Assembly (NCBI GenBank): GCA_048772705.1
Contig: JBLWGC010000061.1
Span: 1-64,000, forward strand
Direction: 5' to 3'
Length of the DNA stretch: 64,000 nucleotides
From: Leidyana gryllorum EB-2025a
Lineage: Eukaryota; Protista; Apicomplexa
Below, piece after piece: positions 44,801 to 56,075 of the stretch. Each line of letters begins with the position of its first letter. Position 1 is the stretch's first letter. The notes beneath the pieces are model-generated. The model saw only the letters and a program-made list of their open reading frames with translations, did not search any database and was not told where the DNA came from. Position numbers and translations under genes: made by a program.

Positions 44801-47056
44801 TAGCCTCTCACTCGGAAGACGTTCCGTTTCGACCGAGGCAAGCTTGCTAGCTGTATGGGGAGCCACTGCCGCGCATGTCGAGTTGAAGTGCTAGTGATAT
44901 GATTTTCCTTCGCTTGTGGGAGTGTTCGATTCGATTCCCGAGCAGTCTGTTTTTGAGTATGTTGCAGACAGCTCAACGCAGAAAACGCCCGAGTCTCTCG
45001 GGGTGCTGCAGCTCTTACGAAATTGCACTTGTGGTCTAAGGGTAAGTTACGACCTTGGAAGGGTCCAAGAGAACAAGGGCCGTTGAGAGTGTACACCGTC
45101 GCACAACCCGGTCCTGGCAGGTTTCGAACCTGCGACTTTGTGGTTAACAGCTTCACGCTCTGCCGACTGAGCTACGAGACCCAGTTACAATGTCCTTCCA
45201 CCCGAGGAAGAATCATCCACTAGACCGAACAGCTCCCGTTACGGCACTGAGAGGTGGGAGAACTGTCCGCATCTCAACAGCCAGCGTTTCCGCTTCCTTC
45301 ATCATGTCCGCGAGTGAGATGTCAGAATCTATGATGCGGATGGGACTCGAACCCACCACTCCCGTTCCGCAGCCAGATGCCCCATCCATTAGGCCACCGC
45401 ACCATGGACAGGCTGCGCTGAGTTCGATTCCCAGAACCAGCCCGTTTTGCTCTCGATCGACCCGACACTCCACCTTTTTTAAGACGATACAGCTCTCCAC
45501 CGAGGCTCCACTTCCCGGATCTTGTCCACTACAGTCTAAGTGGCCAGGTATGCGGCTCTCACCCGCACGCTTCAAGTTCGAGTAGGTCAATGCGATCCCA
45601 GTGAATTACTCCAGCATCGCCTTCTGCCCACCGGACCGCCGGACTGGAGCAGGCGTCACTGGAACTCGAGCACAGAACCCCCACTTCGGTAAAACGATAC
45701 CATATCCATCAGGCCATGGTGCCGGTCGGCAGGGGGAGTAAGCTGAGGTACCTGGGAGAAATAACACCCAAGCTTGCGGTGGGATAGAAACGAACCGCAA
45801 GAAATCCGATGCCACAACCATCCACAATGCGGGCGGAGGATCGCAACCATGTTTAGGCTGATGACTGAAGCCTCCTGTCGGAATCGAACCAGCGACTTTT
45901 CGCTTATAAAGCGCATGCTGTACCCCTAAGCTAAGGAGACATTCCCTGTCTCGACCCATATGAGTTTTTCATGCTGGGAATTGCATTAGTTCCACCACAT
46001 CGCACGACAACTGCTGGATTTAAACCAGCGCGGGCCACGCCCAGTAGATTTCTAGTCTACCCCCTTAACCACTCGGGCAAGTTGCCACCTGTCGAACTCG
46101 GCATTTTGCGGCCAATGGTTTCACATACGGTTCAGCAAGCTTGAGTTCTCGCGCTGCCCGAACCCGCGGTCTCCCCTCAAAAGTCTTGCGCTCTATCGAC
46201 GGACTTGGGGCGGCAACGAAGCTCGGACTTAGTAACAAATTCCATTCGTATTGATCGTGGAATCTTGGGCCTTCTTCGGGTACAGGGCGAATCTGTATCA
46301 GAGATCCACTCACTTGGTCACGCGCGGGCTCCAGTCGCGGACTCGGAAGTTATCAGGCTCACGCTCCAACCGACTGGAATATGTGACCGCTTCAGAGTTG
46401 AGGTGAACAGTCACTAGCCGAAGGAGCGAGTGATGTGCACGGCAAAACCCCCATGACTGGGATTGAAGCGGCCGCTCAGACCTTCGTCCACCCCGCCAAA
46501 CAGTCATTCCGAGAGCCAAATACTGACATCGAGAAGGGGGTGTACCTACACCACTGACAGTTCGCACGGAACCCCGATGGAAGGTGCGCTGGTCCGGATG
46601 GCTGTACCGACTCTTTTGGGATGGGCTGAGCCGGTTGCGTCGTGTAGTGGTTAGCACTGGAGACTCTGAATCGCCCGACCTGGGTTCGATTCGCCGCGCG
46701 ACCTTGGAACTGGTCCTCACTACTCCCTGAAACTTCGCCATGTCTTGGGCTGCGGAGACCATCCGTGCAGCAATGGTCTAGTGGTTACGACGTCTGCTTG
46801 GCACGCAGAAGTCCCGATTTCGATCCTCGGTGGTTGTAGCTCGCAACTTTCAGCGAGAACCGAAGCAGAGAATCTCAAGCGAAACCACCTGCGTTTCGAG
46901 ACCGGCAATCGAACCCGGGTCTTCCGCGTGACAGGCGGAGGCACTAACCACCATACTAACTCGGACCCTCTGAACACGCCGGCCTCCAATCCCAGAAGTC
47001 TTTCTATTTCGGCTCACGGACAGAAAACGTGTAAAGTGGCGAGCCAAGAACGCTCC

Positions 47057-47136
47057 GGCAAGATGGCCGAGTGGTCTAAGGCGCTGTGTTCAGGCCGCAG
47101 TCCGAAAGGGCGTGGGTTCGAATCCCACTCTTGTCA
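47057..47136 (+). tRNA. trnL: tRNA-Leu(CAG)
   Basis: Intact cloverleaf. Confidence 0.92.
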
Positions 47137-47302
47137 GCCGTTGTATTGGCACTCGGTGAGCTACTAGGATCCATATCCAGTCTTACCAGAACTTGAGTCT
47201 GGCACCTCGGACGACCCCTAAATCTGCGGCCTAGTTGAGAGCTTGAAGTGTCACTGTCGAGGTTCTGAAGTTGAGCCTGCGAACCTCGACGCGGTTGGCC
47301 GG

Positions 47303-47382
47303 CCGGGGGTAGCTCAGTTGGTAGAGCATCTGACTGTAGTACTGGCATCAGATAGTCGGCGGTTCGATTCCGTCCCACCGGA
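47303..47382 (+). tRNA. trnY: tRNA-Tyr(GTA) with 7-nt intron (47340-47346)
   Basis: TCTGA-CT-GTA-G-[TACTGGC]-A-TCAGA; C1-G72, A73. Confidence 0.87.
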
Positions 47383-47776
47383 AGTAGAGAGATGGTTTGA
47401 AAACTACTACTTAACCTATGTGCCAACTGGATTTAATCTGGCGATGATTCTACAGATGTAGTTTGGATGGGCTAGGGACCGATCCAAGTACCTTTTGTAC
47501 GCTAAGCGACCGCTTAACCATCTGAGCTGGCCGCCCGCCGTGCCTACCCCATACCATTGGCTTCTACTTTACATATTATGAACAGTCTCTTGATTGTAAA
47601 GCGGGTTTAAACACCGACCAGGCGGCTGTTTGATGTAGTGGTATAATTTTTCCTTCGTGTACAAGAACTCCTGAGTTCGATTCCTAGAACAGTCCCGTTG
47701 CTTGTCGGTTGGGCCGACGCTCCACCTCATCTCAAGATGGTACGGCTCTCGTCCGAAGCCTCAGCTCGGGAGCTTG

Positions 47777-47849
47777 TCCACTGTAGTCTAAGTGGCTAGG
47801 GTATGCGGCTCTTACCCGCACGATCCGGGTTCAAGTCCCGGCAGTGGAA
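47777..47849 (+). tRNA. tRNA-Glu body with CTT (Lys) anticodon
   Basis: TGCGG-CT-CTT-AC-CCGCA in a near-intact Glu scaffold. Confidence 0.72.
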
Positions 47850-48047
47850 GTCATTGGACCATTCGAGCAAAGTGCTGCAGTAACCTCCGTCAAGAGTGAC
47901 TGACTCGTGATCTTTGGCTTGCATTGCCTTCTTAGTTTAGGGGCAGAGCATTCGCTTAATTAAGCGAAAGGTCGCCGGTTCGATTCCGGCAGAAGGCTTT
48001 GGTCACGACCCAATCAATTCTATAGCTGTTTCCCTCCTGCGCACACT

Positions 48048-48119
48048 TAGCAGTGCGTCGTTTCGATCGACGGACCTTTGGGTTATGAGCCCAACACTCT
48101 TCCACTGAGCTACACTGCT
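48048..48119 (-). tRNA. trnM: Initiator tRNA-Met(CAT)
   Basis: A1-U72, TTGGG-CT-CAT-AA-CCCAA, GATCGAAAC. Confidence 0.92.
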
Positions 48120-48589
48120 TAGTCTGCAACATTGAAGAGGGAGCAGGAATGCGATTCTTGAGATGTTATTTGCCTTGAGTGCCGCAGTCTACTAACGAGC
48201 TGACTGCGTTGGTTCTAGAAACTGCTTATCTCATCGGGTCAACCGACAACCAAGAGGGCTGTTCTGGGAATCGAACCAGGTCTCCTTCCACCCTAAGGAA
48301 AGATCATACCGCTAGACCAAACAGCCGCCCGTCTGTCGTGCAACCCGCTGGGTACACTCGAGAAAGTGGTCATACTATGTGAAGTACCACTAAATGCGAT
48401 GGGGTCTGCACAGCGGGAGGCTAGCCCAGATGATGAAACGGTGCTTAGTATACGAAAGGTTCCGGGATCGATTCTCAGCCCATCCGAACTACATAGATGG
48501 AACCCTCCCCAGAGTAGTCTAGTTGGCCTATCAACGCTGTCTGCCAAAACCATCAGGTTGAGTAGTACTCTGCCAATCACCCCTCTACT

Positions 48590-48669
48590 TCCGGTGGGAC
48601 GGAATCGAACCGCCGACTATCTGATGCCAGCACTACAGTCAGATGCTCTACCAACTGAGCTACCCCCGG
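48590..48669 (-). tRNA. trnY: tRNA-Tyr(GTA) with 7-nt intron
   Basis: TCTGA-CT-GTA-G-[TGCTGGC]-A-TCAGA. Confidence 0.87.
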
Positions 48670-49380
48670 CCGTCCAACTGCTCCGGGGTTCAAAAGGCTT
48701 AACCCCAGATCCTCGCCCTTTCGGACTGCGGCCTGAACACAGCGCCTTAGACCACTCGGCCATCTTTGTCGCAGTCTTGTTGGTTCGTCGCTCCACGCGT
48801 TTTTGTCCGTGAGCCGAAATAGAAAGACTTCTGGGATTGGAGGCCGGCGTGTTCGGAGCGTTCGAGTCAGTATAGTGGTTAGTGTCTCCGCCTGTCACGC
48901 GGAAGACCCGGGTTCGATTCCCGGTCTCGAAATGCAGGTGGTTTCGCTTGAGATTCTCTGCTTCGGTTCTCGCTGAAAGTTGCGAGCTACAACCACCGAG
49001 GATCGAAATCGGGACTTCTGCGTGCGAAGCAGACGTCGTAACCACTAGACCATTGCTGCACGGATGGTCCCCGCAGCCCAAGACATGGCGAAGTTTCAGG
49101 GAGTAGTGAGGACCAGTTCCAAGGTCGCGCGGCGAATCGAACCCAGGTCGGGAGATTCAGAGTCTCCAGTGCTAACCACTACACGACGCAGACGCAACCG
49201 GCTCAGCCCATTCCAGAAGAGTCTGTTCCTCAACTGGACACACGCAACACGGGTCTCTACTGACCTCTGAAATATTTTAAGTGGCTCCTGTATAAAGCGC
49301 CCAGCGTAAGCGTTGGATTTGGGTGGGACAGAAAGCTCACTTAAATCCTTGAAGCAGTTGCGCTTTTTCTCAAATGCAAC

Positions 49381-49462
49381 CGACAAGGGTGAGATTCGAA
49401 CCAACGCGGGTGAAACCCACCGGCTTAGCAGGCCGCCGCCTTAACCACTCGGCCACCTTGCC
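49381..49462 (-). tRNA. trnS: tRNA-Ser(GCT), variant
   Basis: CT-GCT-AA loop, long variable arm, G73; T-stem mismatches. Confidence 0.72.
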
Positions 49463-49556
49463 GAGAGTGGAACGGGCTACACATTCCATCGGGAATCCCG
49501 TGCGAATTAACTTCTCGAGAATCGCATTTCGGCTACCTCTTTCATAAGGCACATTG

Positions 49557-49628
49557 AGCAGTGTAGCTCAGTGGAAGAGTGTTGGGCTCATAACCCAAAG
49601 GTCCGTCGATCGAAACGACGCACTGCTA
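49557..49628 (+). tRNA. trnM: Initiator tRNA-Met(CAT)
   Basis: Intact initiator signature. Confidence 0.92.
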
Positions 49629-49824
49629 AGTGTGCGCAGGAGGGAAACAGTTATAGAATTGATTGGGTCGTGAGCAAGCCTTCTGCCGGAATCGAACCGG
49701 CGACCTTAGGCTTACTAATCGAATGCTCTGCCCCTACGCTAAGAAGGCAATGTTAGCTGGAGATCACGAATCAGTCACTATTGACGGAGATCACTGGAGT
49801 AATTTGCTCGAGTACTTCAGTGAC

Positions 49825-49897
49825 TTCCACTGCCGGGACTTGAACCCGGATCGTGCGGGTGAAAGCCGCATATCCTAGCCACTTAGACTACAGTGGA
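49825..49897 (-). tRNA. trnE: tRNA-Glu(TTC)
   Basis: Intact cloverleaf. Confidence 0.92.
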
Positions 49898-50115
49898 CGA
49901 GTCACAACAGTTGCACTGACGAATGAGGCGCCAGAGAACTGTGAGTCGATCTCAGGTGGGAAGTTCACCTAGGTTTGGCGAGTGGGCGGCTATCTCAAGT
50001 GGTAGAGCGGTGACTTGGCACGCGAGAGGTCAGTTTAGACACCCATCAATGCCGCAGGACAGGCTGAACATGGGGGCATTTGGTCACTCCTCGCGGCATG
50101 TCGAATTCGACAGTT

Positions 50116-50197
50116 GGCAACTTGCCCGAGCGGTTAAGGTGGTAGACTTGAAATCTACTGGGCCTGGCCCGCGCTGGTTCAAATCCAGCAGTTGTCG
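50116..50197 (+). tRNA. trnS: tRNA-Ser(TGA)
   Basis: GTAGA-CT-TGA-AA-TCTAC in the Ser(AGA) body. Confidence 0.82.
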
Positions 50198-50719
50198 TTC
50201 GATGTGATTGGAGGGGCAGACAACAAGCCTGAAACCCGAGAATGGTGCCTCAATCAACCATCTGCCATCTTCTCTGCATCTGCGGGAATCGTTACACCTC
50301 CAGTCCTGAATACAGAACGAAGAGTCTAAACTACTCCAGGCCGTCCAACTTAGGCCGGTACATATGAACCAGGCTCATCGGATACGCGTTTCCAGAGACA
50401 CACGCCCCTTCGGCAGTCCGGAAGCTCCGTGCAGCCATCTAGCGGTCACTACGTCTGCTTAACACGCAGAAGGTCCCGAGTTCAATCCTCGGTGGCTGTA
50501 ACACGCATCGTTCAGGCAAGCATCACGGAATCTAGAGTGGAAGACTATCTATCTCCGAGACCGGGAATCGAACCCGGGTCTTCCGCGTGAGAGGCGGCCA
50601 AACTAACCACCATACTATCTCGGTGGCTCACAAACACACCGGCCTTCAACACCAAAAGTCCTCCCTTCTCGAGACTTCACGAACAGAAAACGTGTAAAGT
50701 GGCGAGCCAAGAACCCTTC

Positions 50720-50799
50720 GGCAAGATGGCCGAGTGGTCTAAGGCGCTGTGTTAAGGCCGCAGTCCGAAAGGGCGTGGGTTCGAATCCCACTCTTGTCA
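50720..50799 (+). tRNA. trnL: tRNA-Leu(AAG)
   Basis: Intact cloverleaf. Confidence 0.92.
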
Positions 50800-51361
50800 G
50801 CCGTTGTATCGGCACTCGGTCAGCCACTGGATGCAGAAGGTTTTCCATGTAGAGCGGATGGGCGGCTAGCTCAGATGGTAGAGCGCTCGCTTTGCATGCG
50901 AGAGGTACTAGGATCCATACCCAGGTCGTCCAAACTCAGTAGGGCGACCTGTCGGTAGTTAAATACGGAGTTGCGACCTCTAACAGAGCGTCGCATATCG
51001 CAGCTCCCGGCACCGCTAGGCTTCGAAACTGCGACTCTGTGGTAAACAGCTACACGCTTTGCCGACTGAGCTACAAGACCCAGTTGCAATGTTCTTCCAG
51101 GCGAGGAAAAATCATACCTGCAGACCAAACAGCCCCCTGGTCGGAGCTTGTCAGCGTCTCTGTCAATCTGCCACGGCTGTTTGAGGCGTGCCTCCTGCGT
51201 CTGCCGGGAATCGAACCTGGGTCGTCTCGGTGGCAACGACACATTCTACCACTAGACCACAGATGCATGACTCGTTGTTGTTCAAGCTCGTGCACAATAA
51301 CGGCCGTTTTGCTTCAAGTGAGGAGACAGGATCGAGTTGAGTGAGTATGAGGGGCAGTTCT

Positions 51362-51433
51362 GGGTACGTAGCTCAGTGGTAGAGCAGCTGACTGCAGATC
51401 AGCAAGTCCGTGGTTCAACTCCGCGCGTGCCCT
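51362..51433 (+). tRNA. trnC: tRNA-Cys(GCA)
   Basis: Identical to 5505-5576. Confidence 0.92.
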
Positions 51434-52367
51434 GAAGATGGAATGAAACGTTCGAAGGTGTTGGCTCAGCCATACCGTCATGTGATCGAGACAGGGCCTG
51501 CCTGGTTAGCTGAGGGGCAGAACCCTCGCACGGGCGCGAGGGATTTTGACACCAGATGCCACAACCTCTCTGCCTCGGCTGTGGATCGAGCACGGGACTT
51601 CCAGATCTTCAGTCTGGCGCTCTCCCAACTGAGCTACCGAGGCGGTAGGTAGGCACGGGAGGCGGTGAAAATAAGCAATTATCGCGGCCGTATGTGGGGC
51701 CACTCTTGGCCGCATGCCGGAAGACAGTTGCCAACTTGCCCGAGTGGGGAGGGGGGTAGATTGGAATTCAACTGGGCCTGGGCCGCGCTGGTGCAGATCC
51801 AGCAGTTGTCGTGCGATGTGATTGGAGGGGTCACACGCCAACTCACGCATGAATTCTGTGGTGGAAATGATGCTATTCCCAGCATCAAACCCTCATATGG
51901 ATCGAGACAGAGAATGCCGTCTTAGCTTAGGGGCAGAGCACTCGCTTAGTAAGCGAAAGGTCGCCGGTTCGATTCCGGCAGAAGGCTGTGCTCGCGAGGC
52001 AATCGATTCTATAAATGTTCCCCTTCTGCGCACACTTAGCAGTGCGTCGTTTCGATCGACGGACCTTTGGATTATGAGCCCAACACTTTTCACTGAGCTA
52101 CACTCCTCAGTCTGCAACATGGAAGTTGCCCTGACTGCCCTACCGAAGTGGGCTAATGAAATGCTGTGTTGGTTCTGAGGGCAACTTGTCCCGTCGGGTC
52201 AACCGACGACCATTAGGGCTGTTCTGCGAATCGAACCCAGGACGCTTCCACCCCAAGGAAGGATCCAGAGCAATAGCCGAATACTTGGGTGCATGCAACC
52301 GGATATACAAATGGACACTCGAATCCACTGTGGCCTTCTCCAGCCTACTTGCGGGGATGATGGCCGT

Positions 52368-52451
52368 TGCACAGAATGGGATTCGAACCCATGCAGACTT
52401 GCGCCTACCAGAACTTGAGTCTGGCCCCTTAGACCACTCGGGCATCTGTGC
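52368..52451 (-). tRNA. trnL: tRNA-Leu(CAA)
   Basis: Intact cloverleaf. Confidence 0.92.
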
Positions 52452-53078
52452 GTTACTTTCCTTCTGAATTCCAGCGTGTGAACGGCTTCCGTTGCGACTG
52501 TCGATGTCGTTCTGGGTGCGGTGTACCGCCCCGAAGTACTCTTACGGCCCGGCGTGCTCAGATGGCAACGAATCTGTCTGTAGTGGTGACATCAGATATT
52601 CGACGAGTAAATTCCGTCCCACCGGAAGTTGATGAGTGGACTTCTTACAACGTAGTTCGTCTGACGCTCCTGTTCCATCCCATCCTAATCGATGCTTCGC
52701 TACCTCTACAGCCTCGCCCAAAGATTTGTCCCAGTCATCTAGTGGCTAGGACAACACGTTGATGGTCGTGCAAACCCAGGCTCGATTCCTGGCTCGCCCA
52801 ATATGTCTCCGGTGTCTCTAATGGAACTTTCTCTTGATGGCTACACACTTTCATTCGACGGCTCCGTTGATTGGCGCTATGGCCTAATGGATATGGCATC
52901 GGTCTACGGAACCTGGGATTCTGGGGTCGAGTCCCAGTAGCGTCTGGGCGAGTGGTCGGGTTCCAGCCCCTCACAATTGCTGCAACTCATTTTTTGTCTC
53001 AGCTGGCTGTCCTTGTTGTGGACAGCATCCCCGTGCACCCTTCTGACAGGAGGAGATACATCGAGAGAAGTTCCATTA

Positions 53079-53151
53079 GGGAGTGTAGCGCAGTCGGTAG
53101 CGCGTAGGTCTCATAATCCTGAAGTCGAGAGTTCGATCCTCTCCACTCCCA
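53079..53151 (+). tRNA. trnM: Elongator tRNA-Met(CAT)
   Basis: Intact cloverleaf. Confidence 0.9.
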
Positions 53152-53580
53152 CGGTTGGAATCGGAACCACGGGTTATCTCGATCGCAGCGAGAGACTCTT
53201 CCACTAGACCACAGATGCGGAACACGCTCCTGTTCAATCTTGTACCTGGTGATAGCCATTCTTTATAAGCTTATCGATGCATCAAAGCCTTCTGCCGGAA
53301 TCGAACTGGCGACCTCTCGCTTACTAAGCGAATGCTCTGCCCCTAAGCTGAGAAGGCAATGCAAGCCGAAGATCACGAATCAGACACTATTGACGGAGAT
53401 TGCTGGGCACTTTGCTCAAGTATTCCACTGACTTCAGGCACTGACTTCCACTGCCGGACTTGAGCGCGGAGCTTGCGGGTGAGGCCGCATATCCTAGCCA
53501 CTCAGACTACAGTGGGCAACATTCCACGGCGAAGGCAGCTAGTCAGCCAAATCATCGAAGTAAAGTGCTGAGCATTTGGC

Positions 53581-53653
53581 TACCTACGGCGAGACTCGAA
53601 CTCGCAACCTTTGGATTAGAAGTCCAACGCGCTATCCATTGCGCCACGTAGGC
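53581..53653 (-). tRNA. trnR: tRNA-Arg(TCT), intronless
   Basis: TTGGA-CT-TCT-AA-TCCAA. Confidence 0.92.
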
Positions 53654-53742
53654 GGCGGCTTTTCGACTAGATTGAAATAACAACATTCACGTTTTTGGAC
53701 CACGCGCCAGCCGTTTCTCTGCAGCCAAAGTTGCATGGAGTT

Positions 53743-53815
53743 TGGACGACCTGGGTATCGATCCCAGTACCTCTCGCATGTAAAGCGAGCGCTGCACCAT
53801 CTGAGCTAGCCGCCC
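53743..53815 (-). tRNA. tRNA-Ala body with TAC (Val) anticodon
   Basis: G3:U70 retained, CTCGC-TT-TAC-AT-GCGAG; D-arm positions 21-22 altered. Confidence 0.65.
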
Positions 53816-54365
53816 ATCCGTACAACATGGAAGACCTATTGCATCCAGTGGCTGACCGAGTGCCGATACCATGGCTGACAAGAGTTGGATTCGAACCCAC
53901 GCCCTTTCGGACTGCGGCCTGAACACAGCGCCTTAGACCACTCGGCCATCTTGCCGGGGTGCTCTTGGCTCGCCGCTTTACACGTTTTCTGTTCGTGAGT
54001 CAAAATAGAAAGACTGCTGGGATTGGAGGCCGGCGTGTTCGGAGCATCCGAGTCAGTCTAGTGGTTAGTATTTCCGCCTGACACGCGGAAGACCCGGGTT
54101 CGATTCCCGGTCTCGAAACGCAGTTGGTTTCGCTTGAGATTCTCTCCTTTGGTTCTCGCTGAAAGTTGCGAGCTACAGCCACCGAGGATCAAACTCGGCA
54201 ACTACTGTGTGTGAAGCAGACGTCGTGACCACTACACCATGACTGCACGGAGCTTGCGGACTGGGAAAAAAGGCGTGTGTCTCTGGAAACACGTAACCTG
54301 ATGACCTACTTGAAGGAGCGCTAGTCCGATGGCTCTACCAACTCTTTTTTGGGAAGGACTGAATT

Positions 54366-54437
54366 GGTTGCGTGGTGTAGTGGTTAGCACTGGAGACTCT
54401 GAATCTCCCGACCTGGGTTCGATTCCCGGCGCGACCT
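54366..54437 (+). tRNA. trnQ: tRNA-Gln(CTG)
   Basis: Intact cloverleaf. Confidence 0.92.
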
Positions 54438-54628
54438 CAAAACTAGTCCTCACTACTTCTTAAAACCTCGCCACTTCTCTTGGTCTGCGGGACCTTCGCT
54501 GCAGCCATGGTCTAGTGGTCACGACGTCTGCTTCACACGCAGAAGGTCCCGACTTCGATCCTCGGTGGCTGTAGCTCGCAACTTTCAGCGGGAACCAAAG
54601 GGGAGAATCTTAAGCGAAATCAACTGTG

Positions 54629-54700
54629 CTCCGAGACCGGGAATCGAACCCGGGTCTTCCGCGTGACAGGCGGAAATACTAACCACTATACTATCTCGGA
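54629..54700 (-). tRNA. trnD: tRNA-Asp(GTC)
   Basis: Intact cloverleaf. Confidence 0.92.
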
Positions 54701-54796
54701 CGCTCGCAAACACGCCGGCCTTCAGCCTCAGACGTCTTACCAGTTTCGAGATTCTACGGACAAAAACCGCGTGGAGCGACGAACCAACAAGACCGC

Positions 54797-54876
54797 GGCA
54801 AGATGGCCGAGTGGTCTAAGGCGCTGTGTTCAGGCCGCAGTCCGAAAGGGCGTGGGTTCGAATCCCACTCTTGTCA
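54797..54876 (+). tRNA. trnL: tRNA-Leu(CAG)
   Basis: Intact cloverleaf. Confidence 0.92.
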
Positions 54877-55405
54877 GCCGTTGTAGTCAGGACAACCTGC
54901 GACTTGCATCCCAGCATCCCCGCACCATGCGCGGGACTGCCCGCCGTCAGGTAACCCGGCTAATTTTTGTCGATACAACTGACACATGAGTCCCCAACTA
55001 AGTTGCCTTCCTAGCTTAGGGGCAGAGCGTTCGCTTCAAAAGCGAGCAGTCGCCGGTTCGATTCCGGCAGAAGGCTTTGATGCATCGATAGGCTTTTGAG
55101 GAATGATTCACAAGATCGTGTTCTGCATCTGTGGTGTAGAGGAAGAGTCGCTCGTTGCCATCGAGATAACCTGTGTGCGATTTCTGGCTGCGCTACACTC
55201 CCCCTCCGACTTTCTCCGAGGAATTGGGTCAAGATACAACAACGCGGGCTGTTCTGGGAATGGAACCCCGGACTTCTGCCACACGACGGAGGAATCATAC
55301 CACTAGACCAAAGAGCCGCCTGTCATTCGTGCAACCCGCTGAAGACAGTTTAAAAAGTGGTCATCCTATGTTGAGAACCAACAAATGCGATGGGGTCCGC
55401 ACAAC

Positions 55406-55478
55406 GGGCGACTAGCTCAAATGGTAGAGCGCTCGCTTAGCATGCGAGAGGTACTGGGATCGATGCCCAGGTCGTCCA
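55406..55478 (+). tRNA. trnA: tRNA-Ala(AGC)
   Basis: Consensus copy, G3:U70, eukaryotic GATCG T-loop. Confidence 0.92.
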
Positions 55479-55993
55479 AAGTACGTACGGCTGCACGTGG
55501 CCGGATTCAAACCCATAGTTGTCATCTTTGAAGGGTCGCGAACCACAAGTGCCATTGGGAGAGCACCGCAGTCAATGTCTAGGGTGCCTCTGAAGCCGGT
55601 TTTGCTAGGTTCCGGACCTGCGAGCCTGTCATCAAAAGCCACACGCTCTGCCGACTGAGCTACAAGACGCCTTACAATGTTGCAGAGCTTAGTAGAGGGA
55701 CCCCCTTTGTTGTAGGTTGACCCGACGGACCACGTCTTGTTAACCTCAACTGGGGAACTTGTCCACTGTAGTCTAAGTGGCTAGGATATGCGGCTCTCAC
55801 CCGCATGATCCGGGTTCAAGTCCCGGGAGTGGAAGCTACTCGAGCGAAGCGCTCCAGTAATCCCCGTCAACAGTGACTGATTCGTGATCTTCGGCCTGCA
55901 TTGCCTTCTTAGCTTAGGGGAGCATTGGCTTACTAAGCGAAAGGTCGCCGATTCGTTTCCTTCCCGAGGGAAGGTGTAACCAGTTACACTCTC

Positions 55994-56075
55994 GGCAAGG
56001 TGGCCGAGCGGTTAAGGCGGCGGCCTGCTAAGCCGTTGGGTTTCACCCCCGTGAGTTCGAATCTCACCTTTGTCG
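55994..56075 (+). tRNA. trnS: tRNA-Ser(GCT)
   Basis: GCGGC-CT-GCT-AA-GCCGT, long variable arm, G73. Confidence 0.88.

Noticed and set aside
45332-45403. Arg body with rare GCG anticodon
   Set aside because: Inverted decayed copy of Arg(TCG) at 44728 with a mismatched, shortened anticodon arm.
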